A stretch of 64,000 nucleotides of DNA from a bacterium (GCA_963675295.2 CAXXKJ010000002.1:864001-928000); one strand, 5' to 3'; positions 1 to 10,551 are shown, counted from the first letter of the stretch. Made by a program: numbers and translations. The notes: a model not told the origin generated them from the sequence alone.

Positions 1-972
1 GAAGAATATGGCGGCGCGGGAATCGGCGATATCGCGTACGGTCTCGCGATGCAGGAGCTGGAACGTGGCGACTCCGGCGTGCGCAGCTTCGCGTCGGTGC
101 AGAGCGCGCTGGTGATGTATCCGATTTACACGTGGGGCAGCGAAGAGCAGAAGCGCGATTTGTTGCCGAAGCTGGCACGGGCCGAACTGATCGGCGCGTT
201 CGGGTTGACCGAACCGGACGCCGGCTCCGATCCCGGTTCGATGCTGACCACCGCGACCAAGGTTGATGGCGGCTATCGTCTCAGCGGCGCGAAGATGTGG
301 ATCACGAACAGCACCATCGCGGACATTCTGGTGGTCTGGGCGAAGTTGGACGGCGTCGTCAACGGCTTCCTCGTCGAAAAGGGCGCGGACGGGTTGACCT
401 GCCCGGAAACAAAGGGCAAGTGGAGCCTGCGGGCGAGTGTGACCGGTGAGATCGTGATGCAGGATGTGTTCGTGCCGGAAGAGATGCGTATGCCGGACGC
501 GATCGGCCTCAAGTGCCCGTTGATGTGCCTCAATCAGGCGCGGTACGGGATCACGTGGGGCGTGCTCGGCGCGGCGCAGGCGTGTTTCGACAGCGCGCTG
601 CAATACGCATTGAGCCGTCCCCAGTGGGGCAAGCCGATCGCCGGGTTCCAGGCAGTGCAGGAGAAGCTGGTGCACATGGCGACCGAGATCACCAAGGGCC
701 AGCTGCTGTGTTACCGTCTCGGCCAGATGAAGCAGAACGGCACCAGCTCGTTCCGTCAGGTCTCAATGGCGAAGGGGAACAACTGCCGCGTGGCGTTGGA
801 GATCGCCCGCGTCGCGCGTGACATCCACGGCGCGAACGGCATCACCGACGAATACCCGATCATGCGTCACATGATGAATCTGGAGAGCGTGTACACGTAC
901 GAGGGCACCGACACGATGCACACGCTGATCGTCGGCTCCGACCTGACCGGACTGGAGGCGTATAAGGGGTAG
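1..972 (+). CDS. gcdH: Acyl-CoA dehydrogenase, glutaryl-CoA dehydrogenase-like (5' partial)
   Basis: Frame is open from base 1 (EEYGGAG). Motifs GAFGLTEPDAGSDP, GAKMWITN and YTYEGT; ELERGDSG and the C-terminal YEGT motif are typical of GCDH-like enzymes. Confidence 0.8.
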   Translation, partial: EEYGGAGIGDIAYGLAMQELERGDSGVRSFASVQSALVMYPIYTWGSEEQKRDLLPKLARAELIGAFGLTEPDAGSDPGSMLTTATKVDGGYRLSGAKMWITNSTIADILVVWAKLDGVVNGFLVEKGADGLTCPETKGKWSLRASVTGEIVMQDVFVPEEMRMPDAIGLKCPLMCLNQARYGITWGVLGAAQACFDSALQYALSRPQWGKPIAGFQAVQEKLVHMATEITKGQLLCYRLGQMKQNGTSSFRQVSMAKGNNCRVALEIARVARDIHGANGITDEYPIMRHMMNLESVYTYEGTDTMHTLIVGSDLTGLEAYKG

Positions 973-1007
973 GGGGGCTGCGGACTACGGTCTGCGGTCT
1001 GCGATGG

Positions 1008-1093
1008 AACAGAATCTTGCCCGTGTTGGTTTGTCCAATGCGGGTCATCCGAACCTTAAGCGGCATGGCGAATTGTTTTCGTCGTGCCGTTTT
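1008..1093 (+). repeat. Upstream element copy 1 (REP-like hairpin plus terminator-like hairpin), repeated at 2840-2926
   Basis: 1045-1093 is identical over 49 bp to 2878-2926. Contains the stem CGGCATGGCGAA/TTCGTCGTGCCG followed by a T-rich tract. Confidence 0.9.
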
Positions 1094-1156
1094 GTTTTGT
1101 CGGGAAATCGGAAATGCTTATCTTCTACTCAAATCGGATTGGATGTGGAGTCCCAA

Positions 1157-2827
1157 ATGAAGCGTATGTTGTTTTCCTCATGGATCGTTCTAACCATTTT
1201 GAGTTCAACTATCCTTGCTCAACCACCTTCTGTGGTTTGGGATCAAACTCTTCCGGCAGGTGGGGAAGCGAGCACGGTTCCCATCGAAGTCGTGACCTAC
1301 GGTGATGGAAGCTTTCGTCTTGTGGCCAGTCATTATGCCATGTGGGACGGATCTGCGATGCTGTACAAGCTCGCGGCGGACGGTTCCATTTTCGGAGTGC
1401 AGACCTATACAGGGTATTATGGCCATCAAACCCATTCGTTGGACGGACGCGTTGATCTCGGAGTGTTGTTGGTAACGTCGGTGCATGAAGAGTACAACGA
1501 AGGTCCAAATGACATTGTTACTGTGCGCCGTCTGGAAGAAAACACGATGGAAGACACATGGAACGGGTTAGGTTGTGCTGCACGATTTGATGAGTCGGGC
1601 GAAAACTATTACGTAGCACGTGGATACAAAGATAGCCATTTCGTTCCCGCTGACATCGGGATCTACCAGTATTCATCGAGTGACAACAGCGTTGTCCGTT
1701 CCCACGGCTACTCGGAAGTTGGCTATCCTAAGGATCTGGCTGTTCTAAGCGAAACTCGGATTTTCCTCGCTGAGCGAAACACCGTTGCCAGTATCGACCT
1801 GGTGAATGACGGCCATGTCCGTTGGACATATCCGATGGATGAGATTAAACGGGTGCATGCCACACCCGACAGCGGTTGTGTCGTATTCAACACCAACCGG
1901 ATTGATCGCCTGACGCGGTCTGGGCAGATGGTCTGGAGTTTTACTACACCTGTCTGGCACTTGAAGGATGTTGCCATTCAACCGACCGGCGCTGTCCTGT
2001 TTACTGGTAACAGCCCAGGGTATGGCGACGGTCTCGATTCACTGCTGGTTGGGGAACTCTCTTCGGATGGAACGCTGCTTTGGAATTGGCTCTCGCCGGA
2101 ACACCAATCCGGTATGGCAATCTCAGCAACGGAGGATGGTGGTTGTGTGATCGGGTACCTCTATGATCAATTCCCGTTTGATGGCCTCGCCGCTCTGCGT
2201 TTGCAGGGGAGGATTCAGTTAACCGCTACGCTCGAAGAACCGGTTTTCCTGCCTGCGGAAGGTGGAGAATTACACCTGGACGTAGAAGTGGAAGCCCGCA
2301 ATATCTCAGGCGCTCAGGGAACGTTTGTGCTGCAAGGCAAAAGCGCAGCGGCGGATCTGCCTGAATTGGAGCTTGAGGGACTAATCCATTCGGGAACGAA
2401 TATGTTTGAGGATGTTGTGTATCCGGTGCCAGAGGGGTATCCTTCTGGCCACTACCAGCTGGTTTCAACACTGAAGGTCAGCGGTTGGCAAACCAGCGAT
2501 TCCTCAGACTTTTACCTCGGAACGTCTGGTGTGGATGTTGAGTTACGCGCAATTGCGCCAGTCCAATTCCTGTTGCAACCCGTCTACCCCAACCCCTTCA
2601 ACTCCACGACGACAATCTCCTTCGACCTGAACCGCCCGACACCGGTCAACCTGTCCGTCTTCGACCTGCTCGGACGGGAGGTGACGGTGCTGAGTGACGG
2701 CCAGCCGTACGCGCCGGGATCGCACCGTGTGGTGTGGGACGCGTCCGGCCTGCCCGGCGGGACGTATTTCCTCCGCGCCCAGACCGATGACGAGCAGCAG
2801 GTGAGACGGATGCTGTTTCTGAAGTAA
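1157..2827 (+). CDS. Secreted beta-propeller-like protein with Ig-like domain and T9SS CTD
   Basis: ATG at 1157 follows GGAG and starts a signal peptide (MKRMLFSSW...ILA). C-terminus YPNPFN...GTYFLR...RRMLFLK. Confidence 0.8.
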   Translation: MKRMLFSSWIVLTILSSTILAQPPSVVWDQTLPAGGEASTVPIEVVTYGDGSFRLVASHYAMWDGSAMLYKLAADGSIFGVQTYTGYYGHQTHSLDGRVDLGVLLVTSVHEEYNEGPNDIVTVRRLEENTMEDTWNGLGCAARFDESGENYYVARGYKDSHFVPADIGIYQYSSSDNSVVRSHGYSEVGYPKDLAVLSETRIFLAERNTVASIDLVNDGHVRWTYPMDEIKRVHATPDSGCVVFNTNRIDRLTRSGQMVWSFTTPVWHLKDVAIQPTGAVLFTGNSPGYGDGLDSLLVGELSSDGTLLWNWLSPEHQSGMAISATEDGGCVIGYLYDQFPFDGLAALRLQGRIQLTATLEEPVFLPAEGGELHLDVEVEARNISGAQGTFVLQGKSAAADLPELELEGLIHSGTNMFEDVVYPVPEGYPSGHYQLVSTLKVSGWQTSDSSDFYLGTSGVDVELRAIAPVQFLLQPVYPNPFNSTTTISFDLNRPTPVNLSVFDLLGREVTVLSDGQPYAPGSHRVVWDASGLPGGTYFLRAQTDDEQQVRRMLFLK

Positions 2828-2830
2828 GGA
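2588..2830 (+). repeat. CTD-coding tail, near-identical to 4286-4528
   Basis: Alignment by eye; both proteins end with an almost identical ~78 aa. Confidence 0.9.
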
Positions 2831-2839
2831 GTAAGGACA

Positions 2840-2926
2840 AACAGAACTCTTGCCCGTTTTGGCTCGGCCAATGCGGATCATCCGAACCTTAAGCGGCATG
2901 GCGAATTGTTTTCGTCGTGCCGTTTT
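2840..2926 (+). repeat. Upstream element copy 2
   Basis: Aligns with 1008-1093. Confidence 0.9.
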
Positions 2927-2986
2927 CGTTTGATTCGAATCAGCTACGTTCTATCTTACGCTGTACCCAATGAATCGGAGGGGATC

Positions 2987-4525
2987 GTGAAATCTCATAT
3001 CACTTGGATATTACTCGTAGCACTCATCCTTTTGTCCAGTCCTGTCCTGCTTCTGGCGCAGTTGAACCGTAGTTGGGTTCATACCTATGGCCAGCCCAGC
3101 GAGGAATACCGCAACCAGTATTCTATCGAAGAGATTCAACCGGCACCCGGGGGCGGCTGGTACCTCGGCGTCAGTACGGTCCATTCCCAACGGCAGTCCT
3201 TTCAAGCCTGGCTTGAAAGCCGATTCCTCAGAACGCATTCGGATGGGGAAACCATCTGGGAATCCGTACAGAATGGAGAACACATCGCTTGCATGACAAC
3301 GCTCGCGGACAGTTCGTTAGGATACGGGTTGAATTCAGGATTTGATGCTCGTAGTGGATATGAAACCAACATCGTGATTGCACGTCACCTGGCCACCGGT
3401 GTACAGGCATGGACGACAAACGGGAATGTCCCATACGATATCAATCCCTGGTTGGGCGCGATGTGCGCACTTCCAGACGCAAATCACCCGGGGCCGGGCC
3501 TCAACCTGTTTGTCAGTTTCGCGATCGACAACGCGCCGTTCTACGACGAACCCTCCGACATCGATCTTCATTTCCGAAATTATGACGAAAGAGGACTCTA
3601 CCGTGAAACAACCCTCCATCTCGGCAATTGCGGCTCCACACATGCCCCCCGGGTCGTTCAGGATGCATTGAGGTTGCCCGAGGGTGATATTCTTGTATAC
3701 GCACGTGGTCGCAATTTTCCCGGCGAACCGACACCGGATTATATCTCAGATGATTTTCTGCTGCGATTGAATTCGGACTTGCAGATTGTGCGGGCCACGA
3801 AGATCCGCGAATTTAATCCCGATCACGATGTCAGTGGGTATGATATCCACATGCTGTTGACCCGGGACGGTTGCGTGATGGTGCAGTCGGGGCTGGGAAT
3901 CGGGAAGTACGCCACAAATGGACGGCTGGTCTGGTTCATGGAATATGCTGACTTTGAGCCGAGACGGGTTGCCCGGGAAACGGCGTCCTTGCCGGCCCTT
4001 CACTATTTCGTCGGCGCGCTGGATGATGACGACCACACCTCCTGCGTCGGCGCTATCGGCACGGATGGGGATCTGTATTTCCTCCAGCCCGTTCCGGAAG
4101 CAATTGAGCTGAATAGCCTTCAGGTGAAAGGGATCGGCAATCTTGTCGTAGGCGGAGCGACCCAAACCAATGACCCGTACGGCCGCGTATACGAGCAGGC
4201 TCTGCTGGTCAATTATGCAAACCCGTATGGCTTGCGGATTACACCAGAAGTTCAGCCAACCCGGCTATCCCTGCTGCCAGTGTCGCCGAACCCGTTCAAC
4301 CCGTCCACCACAATCTCCTTCGACCTCAACCGTCCGACACCTGTTAACCTGGCCGTCTTCGACCTGCTCGGGCGTGAGGTGACGGTGTTGAGTGACGGCC
4401 AGCCGTACGCGCCGGGTTCGCACCGTGTGGTGTGGGACGCGTCCGGCCTGCCCGGCGGGACGTATTTCCTCCTTGCCCAGACCGATGACGAGCAGCAGGT
4501 GAGACGGATGCTGTTTCTGAAGTAA
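2987..4525 (+). CDS. Secreted protein with T9SS CTD
   Basis: GTG at 2987 follows GGAGGGG and starts a signal peptide. C-terminus SPNPFN...RRMLFLK. Confidence 0.8.
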   Translation: MKSHITWILLVALILLSSPVLLLAQLNRSWVHTYGQPSEEYRNQYSIEEIQPAPGGGWYLGVSTVHSQRQSFQAWLESRFLRTHSDGETIWESVQNGEHIACMTTLADSSLGYGLNSGFDARSGYETNIVIARHLATGVQAWTTNGNVPYDINPWLGAMCALPDANHPGPGLNLFVSFAIDNAPFYDEPSDIDLHFRNYDERGLYRETTLHLGNCGSTHAPRVVQDALRLPEGDILVYARGRNFPGEPTPDYISDDFLLRLNSDLQIVRATKIREFNPDHDVSGYDIHMLLTRDGCVMVQSGLGIGKYATNGRLVWFMEYADFEPRRVARETASLPALHYFVGALDDDDHTSCVGAIGTDGDLYFLQPVPEAIELNSLQVKGIGNLVVGGATQTNDPYGRVYEQALLVNYANPYGLRITPEVQPTRLSLLPVSPNPFNPSTTISFDLNRPTPVNLAVFDLLGREVTVLSDGQPYAPGSHRVVWDASGLPGGTYFLLAQTDDEQQVRRMLFLK

Positions 4526-4528
4526 GGA
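4286..4528 (+). repeat. CTD-coding tail copy 2
   Basis: Aligns with 2588-2830. Confidence 0.9.
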
Positions 4529-5057
4529 AGACAGATAGCGAGGGAGAACGCGTGGCAAAGTAGAAAGGAAGCATAAGGCAGTGCCCTGCCGACGCGTTCT
4601 CGCGGCCAGGTCATGTCGTGCGAAACGCGCTTCAACCGACGGTCTGCTTCTTCTTGGCTCAGCATCGGTCAGACAGCTCCTCCAATTTCAGGCCTAACTC
4701 TAAGTTTTCCATGAGTTAAATTCCATAACACGCCGATTTGCCGCAAATCCTCGAGTCGATATCCTTAAATCGCGAAATTCAGCCGTGGTATTCGACCCTC
4801 GACTCGGACAATTTTCGAGAAACCACTCGAAGAATCTCCTCCTCACCCCGTAAAAAGCGAGAGCTCTCCGAGACAGGGGGTTCTCCGCGCGCTTGAGACT
4901 CAGAAGTATAATTTCCACTAAGTATCATCAGTATCGCGGGTTTCAAAGGGGTTCTGAATTCCGAAATCTGGCTTTTTGGGAATCGTAAATCTGTAAAATC
5001 CCAAAAGAATGGCAGGTAGAAAAGGCTTCAAACTTCTAATACTGTGATACAGAACAC

Positions 5058-5086
5058 TTGATTTTGTAACTTTGTAGCATTATTAT
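5058..5086 (+). promoter_or_regulatory. sigma70-type promoter TTGATT-N17-TATTAT
   Basis: Hexamers and 17-nt spacer counted; the same TTGATT-N17-TANNNT architecture precedes the next three genes. Confidence 0.6.
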
Positions 5087-5162
5087 AATACCCGAAAGGC
5101 GAGCAGTTCAGGAAACGATGCGCAAAGCGCGGGCAGGTTGGTAGCACGAGGAGGACATCACG

Positions 5163-7421
5163 ATGAAGATGACGACTATTGTACTTCTCACGATTGGTTT
5201 GTTGGCGGTCAGCGGCAACGCCAGTTCATTTGAGCCCGTAGCGATTGAACGGTCCAACTTCACGGTTCCCGTTGACGGAGACATGCCGGTCACGGACAGC
5301 AACATGACCTCTCCTTTCTTTGAAGGGTTTGAGAGTGGAGCGGCCGGGTGGAGTTTCTACGATGGCAACGGTGAGACGATCGGTTGGCAGGTGATCGAGG
5401 ATCCGGACCTCGCGTGGGCGGACGCCTGCTTCCTGGGTTTGGAGAATGCTGAGGCCAACACGGTGCTTTACGCCGAAAGCCCGGCATTCGACACCCCTAC
5501 GCTCGCCGCGGAAGAAACGATGTTCCTGGACGTGTACTTCGCCAATCTGTGGATGAACACGGACAACCTTGCGGAGAGCTTCTGGTGGCGTCCGGAGATT
5601 TACGATCCGAACACGGACACCTGGGGCCCGCTCGCGTCGCTACACAATGCTGTCTATACAGAGAGCAACGGTGGCGTCTGGGAATCCTTCAGCACCAGCG
5701 GCTACGCGTACGACTGGGACATGGAAGACTACCAGGGTCTGACGGGTGTCAAGGTACGCTTTGTGATCAACGTTCCGGCGGACGTGTCCGGATTCGACTT
5801 CATGCGTCTTGACAACGTGGAAGTTCTGCACAGGGCGTTGGATCATGATGTGTCGCCGGTACTGGAGATTCCGTACCCGACGGTTGTCGGCTATCCGGTG
5901 TTCGGTGAGGTGTACCTCTCGAACAATACCATGTACCCGGCGAGCAACGTCAGCGCGGCCTGGACCTTGAACGGTCAGTGGTGCAACCTGCTGCCGATGA
6001 GTCCGTACAACATGGACCCGTACCAGACGAGCCTGCTGTTCATCTCGGACCCGGTGGATCCGGACAATGTCGATTTCTGGCTGCCGACGACGGACGATAT
6101 CGGTGTCAACTACCTGACGGCGACGGCAGAGTATGCGGACGACGAAGATCCGACCAACAACATCTATCCGATGATCGTGAATGTGACCCCGGAAGGCCGT
6201 TTCGAACTTGGTGTCGATTCGCGCGGGTTCACGAGCAACTTGTCGGTGCCGACGTTGAATGATGGTCCGGTGGTTCACATCGATCCGCTCGAGATCAGCC
6301 CGGACTACTTCTACGGACAGAACTACGACATTTCGCAGATCCGTCTCTGGACCTATTTCCACCCGGCGGCTGGCGGTGCCCCGGCGAATGCCAGCATCAC
6401 CTTCCATGTCTACAGCGGTGGGGATACCCCCGGCCCGGAACTCTTCACCAGCGTGTACGAGTTCGATGTTGAGGAAGGGTATGTGGGCGACTACAGCGTG
6501 ATTGCGGACATCGGTGGTGTTGACGGTTCGCGTTGGATTGATGGCGATGTGTGGGTCTGGGCGGAAGTGACGTCGGAGGGCCAGAATGGTTATCCGCAGC
6601 CGTTCATCTACCAGACCCGTGCGGGCGACATGCAGCACAACCAGTTCGAGAACATGGCGGACGCCATGGCTGGTGCGAACTTGAGCGACTATGGTCATCA
6701 CCTGACGGCCACGATCATGCACGCCAGCGAGGAAGCGCCGGTAACCATGGAAGTGACTCCGTTGATCACCGAGATTCCCTGGTTTGGCGGGATTGTTTGC
6801 TACCAGCTGGAGATCGAGTCGCTGGTGGACTATTCGATTGAGGATGTGTGCTACTGGGTGGATGTGATCGGGCCGGAAGGTAACATTCAACAGAGCTATC
6901 GCACGGCGTACTTCACCTTGTTCCCGCACCGTCACATGTTCTTCGCCTGCATCATCAACGCGGTGCCGCTGTGGCTGCCGAACGGCGAGTACGAGTTCCA
7001 TGCGTACATTGGATCTCGGCCGAACTACTACGCCACCGGCATGTTCAACTTTACCAAGGGTGGCACCTGCGGCGACGGTCCGACGATTCAGGAAGGCGGG
7101 CACCAGGAGCTGAACATGGAAGCGGAAGTGATGATCGCTACCGCGGATCTGCCCCTGGAGTATGAGGTAAGCCAGGCCTACCCGAACCCGTTCAACCCGA
7201 CGACGTCGCTGGATATCAGCCTTCCGCAGGCGGGTGAATTGGAAGTGGCGATCTACAACGTGAATGGGCAGCAGGTGGATGTCGTGACGAAGGGTCAGTT
7301 CGAAGCCGGGCGTCACACGTTGACCATCGATGGCAGCCAGCTGGCGAGTGGTGTCTACTTTGTCCGCGCGACGGTTCCGGGCAAGATGACGGAGATGAGG
7401 AAGCTCGTCCTGATGAAGTGA
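5163..7421 (+). CDS. Secreted beta-sandwich protein (MAM/cleaved-adhesin-like N-terminus, Ig-like domains) with T9SS CTD
   Basis: RBS GAGGAGG and signal peptide; FEGFESG..GW..D.NG motif; C-terminus YPNPFN...SGVYFVR...RKLVLMK. Confidence 0.8.
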   Translation: MKMTTIVLLTIGLLAVSGNASSFEPVAIERSNFTVPVDGDMPVTDSNMTSPFFEGFESGAAGWSFYDGNGETIGWQVIEDPDLAWADACFLGLENAEANTVLYAESPAFDTPTLAAEETMFLDVYFANLWMNTDNLAESFWWRPEIYDPNTDTWGPLASLHNAVYTESNGGVWESFSTSGYAYDWDMEDYQGLTGVKVRFVINVPADVSGFDFMRLDNVEVLHRALDHDVSPVLEIPYPTVVGYPVFGEVYLSNNTMYPASNVSAAWTLNGQWCNLLPMSPYNMDPYQTSLLFISDPVDPDNVDFWLPTTDDIGVNYLTATAEYADDEDPTNNIYPMIVNVTPEGRFELGVDSRGFTSNLSVPTLNDGPVVHIDPLEISPDYFYGQNYDISQIRLWTYFHPAAGGAPANASITFHVYSGGDTPGPELFTSVYEFDVEEGYVGDYSVIADIGGVDGSRWIDGDVWVWAEVTSEGQNGYPQPFIYQTRAGDMQHNQFENMADAMAGANLSDYGHHLTATIMHASEEAPVTMEVTPLITEIPWFGGIVCYQLEIESLVDYSIEDVCYWVDVIGPEGNIQQSYRTAYFTLFPHRHMFFACIINAVPLWLPNGEYEFHAYIGSRPNYYATGMFNFTKGGTCGDGPTIQEGGHQELNMEAEVMIATADLPLEYEVSQAYPNPFNPTTSLDISLPQAGELEVAIYNVNGQQVDVVTKGQFEAGRHTLTIDGSQLASGVYFVRATVPGKMTEMRKLVLMK

Positions 7422-7462
7422 GTCAGCTCACAAAATCCTGATGCAAACAGTAGTAAACATAT

Positions 7463-7497
7463 CCCGGTCCGGGCAAAGCGCCCGGGCCGGGTTTTTA
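7463..7497 (+). terminator. Intrinsic terminator
   Basis: CCCGGTCCGGGC/GCCCGGGCCGGG stem followed by TTTTT. Confidence 0.75.
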
Positions 7498-7549
7498 TGT
7501 TCGGGAATGGGGTGCTCTGAGACAATTCGACAAAAACAAGCGTATTTAG

Positions 7550-7578
7550 TTGATTTGGCATTTTTGTCGTATTAGATT
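7550..7578 (+). promoter_or_regulatory. sigma70-type promoter TTGATT-N17-TAGATT
   Basis: Spacer counted; paralogous to the promoters at 5058, 10552 and 14557. Confidence 0.55.
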
Positions 7579-7705
7579 TCCGCTAACTGTTCAAACTGGA
7601 AAAATACTAAGATGTTGGAATCAATAGAAATGGAAGTTCTCGCACATTCTTGTGACAGATTTAGCAAACCGTAAACTGACGATACAACCTTGGGGGGAAG
7701 AAAAG

Positions 7706-10420
7706 ATGAGAGTGAAAACGGGTTTGGTTCTGGCCCTGGCATTGATCCTGAGCGTCTGGACCTTGGCAGCACACGCGGACATCGTGATCACGGAGATCAT
7801 GATCGATCCGCACGAAGTAAGCGATGGATATGGGGAGTGGTTTGAAGTGTATAACACCGGCACCGAAGATGTTGACATGTCCGGTTGGACCATTACCGAC
7901 GCTGATGGACAGTCGCATACGATCGGATCGCTGGTTGTTCCGGCGGGTGAGTATGGCTTGCTGGTTGAGACGGCGAACTCCAGCTGGAATGGCGGTGTTA
8001 GTGGCTACGACTACCATTATTCCGGTCATACCTTCGACAACACTGCGGACGAATTGTACCTGCGGAACAGCAGTGATGAGTTGATGGACGCGGTAGAGTG
8101 GGACATCAATGCGGATTGGTATGTGTGTCCAGGTACGACCGTGATCCTGTATGATATGGACACAGATAACAACGATCCGGCGAACTGGGGCCTCTCAACC
8201 GTGGCATGGCCGGGTAGCGATGAGGATTTCGGTTCTCCAGGTTACGAAAACGAAGAAGCCAGGGACGAACCGGTTGTCGTCATCAGCGAGATCATGTTCG
8301 ACCCACACGCTGTCAGTGACGGCTATGGTGAATGGTTTGAGCTGTACAACGCTGAAGACGATACGATCAACGTTCGTCTCTACACTTTCTCCGATCTGGG
8401 TGGTCAATCCTTTTTCATCGGAAACAACCTCTTCATTCCACCTAATGAACATGTTGTTCTGGTAGAAACGCCGAACTCTGACATCAACGGTGGTGTCATC
8501 GAGGATTATAGCTACAGCAGCTTCCTGTTGGATAACGAAGCGGATGAGATCATCCTCACCGGGATGTATGGCAATGTTGTGGACGAAGTTCACTACGACA
8601 TGGCCAACGGGTTTCCGCCTGCGGAAGGCGCGTCCATGACCCTTCCGAATCTCGAAGCGGACAACAATATCGGAGCGAACTGGGGGATTTCGACGGTCGT
8701 GTGGCAGGGCAGTGAGGGCGACTTTGGATCACCGAGTGAAGAAAATGAAGGTCCATATGTCCTACCCAACATTGTCATCTCCGAGATCATGTACGATCCC
8801 TTCGAGGTCATTGATGGCTACGGTGAATGGTTCGAGGTGACGAATCTTGGCGCACAAGCGGTCAACCTTCGCATGTGGACATTCAGCGATACCAGTGGTC
8901 AGACGTTCATGCCAGCGACAGATGTTTATGTCGAACCCGGCGATTATGTTGTCTTTGCGGAGACGGGGAATAGTTCGTACAACGGTGGTGTTAACGATGA
9001 TTTTGATTATGACGGCATGTATCTGACGAATGAAGCGGATCAGATCATTGTGCGCGACATGTACCACGATGTGATTGATGAAGTTTGGTATGATGAAGCC
9101 AACACCTTCCCGAGCGCATACGGTGCTTCGATCTATCTGCCAGATTTAGAAGCGGACAACAACGTCGGAACCAACTGGCTGATCTCGACGCTAGTCTGGC
9201 CGGGAGGTGACGGCGACTTCGGATCGCCGGGCGAACTAAACCAGGAGATCCCGGCACCGACACAGGTAAAGATCACGGAAATCATGAAGAATCCGGCCGC
9301 AGTCATTGATGGCTACGGTGAGTGGTTCGAGCTGGTCAACGAAGGCGATGAAGCGATCAATCTGCGTCTCTGGGATTTCTACGATGCGGGCGATGATTTC
9401 TTCACCGTCACTGCGCAACTGGTCCTGGAGCCAGGTGACTACGCCGTGCTCGCTGAGACGGGCAACTACAGTCTGAACGGCCATGTCGTTGATGATTACG
9501 ATTACAATAACATGGATCTCGACAACGGCGACGATGAGATCATCGCCCGCGATATTCACGGTGTTGTGCAGGATCAGATCTACTACCTCGTCGATGGCAA
9601 CTGGCCGGATCCGGAAGGTGCGACGATGACCTTGCCCGACCCGCGACTCGACAACCAGGATCCGCTGAACTGGGTGATCTCGGAGGAACCGTGGGGCGGC
9701 AGCGAGGGCGATTTCGGCTCGCCCAACTGGCCGATGCATCGCGGCATTCTGACGCTGACTCCGACGCAGACAGTGATTCCGGCCGGCGGCGGCAACCTGC
9801 AGTATGGCATTGATCTGGTGACGTACTTGTATGTTCCGTACGAAAACTGCGCGTTCTGGACGGAAGCGGTGATGCCGGACTCGACGGTGTACCCGATTGG
9901 CAACCAGTACTTCACACTGGCGCCGTTCCTCGCGGTGACGATGCCCAACCAGGTGCAGCCGGTTCCCGGCGGGGCGCCCGAAGGGGACTACACCTTCAAC
10001 GCGTACATTGGTTACCCGGAAACACACATCATCGACAGCTTCGAGTTCACCAAGCTCGGAAGTACGGGTGAATCGTTCGGACCGGAAGACTGGCTGGCCG
10101 CCAATCCGTTCACAACCCCGGATGAGGCAGCCGCGAACGTATCCACGATGCCGAACGACTACGCTGTCGGCAACGCGTACCCGAACCCGTTCAACCCGAC
10201 GACGTCGCTGGACATCAGCCTGCCGCAGGCGGGTGAACTGAACGTGTCAGTGTACAATGTGACCGGTCAGTTGGTATCAACGGTTGCCAGCGGGACGTTC
10301 CCGGCTGGCCGTCACACCCTGACTGTGAACGGCAGCCAGTTGGCGAGTGGTGTCTACTTTGTCCGTGCGACGGTTCCGGGCAAGATGACGGAGATGAGGA
10401 AACTCGTCCTGATGAAGTGA
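7706..10420 (+). CDS. Lamin-tail-domain repeat protein (4 LTD) with Ig-like domain and T9SS CTD
   Basis: Signal peptide from ATG 7706; four I(T/S)EIM.(D/N)P...GEWFE.N...GSP repeats; CTD. Confidence 0.85.
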   Translation: MRVKTGLVLALALILSVWTLAAHADIVITEIMIDPHEVSDGYGEWFEVYNTGTEDVDMSGWTITDADGQSHTIGSLVVPAGEYGLLVETANSSWNGGVSGYDYHYSGHTFDNTADELYLRNSSDELMDAVEWDINADWYVCPGTTVILYDMDTDNNDPANWGLSTVAWPGSDEDFGSPGYENEEARDEPVVVISEIMFDPHAVSDGYGEWFELYNAEDDTINVRLYTFSDLGGQSFFIGNNLFIPPNEHVVLVETPNSDINGGVIEDYSYSSFLLDNEADEIILTGMYGNVVDEVHYDMANGFPPAEGASMTLPNLEADNNIGANWGISTVVWQGSEGDFGSPSEENEGPYVLPNIVISEIMYDPFEVIDGYGEWFEVTNLGAQAVNLRMWTFSDTSGQTFMPATDVYVEPGDYVVFAETGNSSYNGGVNDDFDYDGMYLTNEADQIIVRDMYHDVIDEVWYDEANTFPSAYGASIYLPDLEADNNVGTNWLISTLVWPGGDGDFGSPGELNQEIPAPTQVKITEIMKNPAAVIDGYGEWFELVNEGDEAINLRLWDFYDAGDDFFTVTAQLVLEPGDYAVLAETGNYSLNGHVVDDYDYNNMDLDNGDDEIIARDIHGVVQDQIYYLVDGNWPDPEGATMTLPDPRLDNQDPLNWVISEEPWGGSEGDFGSPNWPMHRGILTLTPTQTVIPAGGGNLQYGIDLVTYLYVPYENCAFWTEAVMPDSTVYPIGNQYFTLAPFLAVTMPNQVQPVPGGAPEGDYTFNAYIGYPETHIIDSFEFTKLGSTGESFGPEDWLAANPFTTPDEAAANVSTMPNDYAVGNAYPNPFNPTTSLDISLPQAGELNVSVYNVTGQLVSTVASGTFPAGRHTLTVNGSQLASGVYFVRATVPGKMTEMRKLVLMK

Positions 10421-10460
10421 GTTAGCTCACACAAGATTCGTACAAAAAGTTGTATACATC

Positions 10461-10493
10461 AGCCAGTCCGGAGATTTCTCTGGGCTGGCTTTC
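10461..10493 (+). terminator. Intrinsic terminator
   Basis: AGCCAGTCCGGAG/CTCTGGGCTGGCT stem followed by a short T tract. Confidence 0.7.
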
Positions 10494-10551
10494 TATTTCG
10501 GTATGGGCGAAGTCTCCGAGTCAAGTTTATAAGAGATTTTCGGAAATCCCG

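Noticed and set aside
2543-4665. Similar antisense ORFs in the two CTD tails, as possible DGR template/variable repeats
   Set aside because: Differences between the copies are mostly synonymous and not adenine-specific, both copies are in intact genes, and no reverse transcriptase is present.
5091-5146. GAAA...CGCAAAGC resembling a c-di-GMP-I riboswitch in the 5163 leader
   Set aside because: I could not form the required P1/P2 stems and the GGCAAA...GACGCAAA context is incomplete; an Infernal search would settle it.
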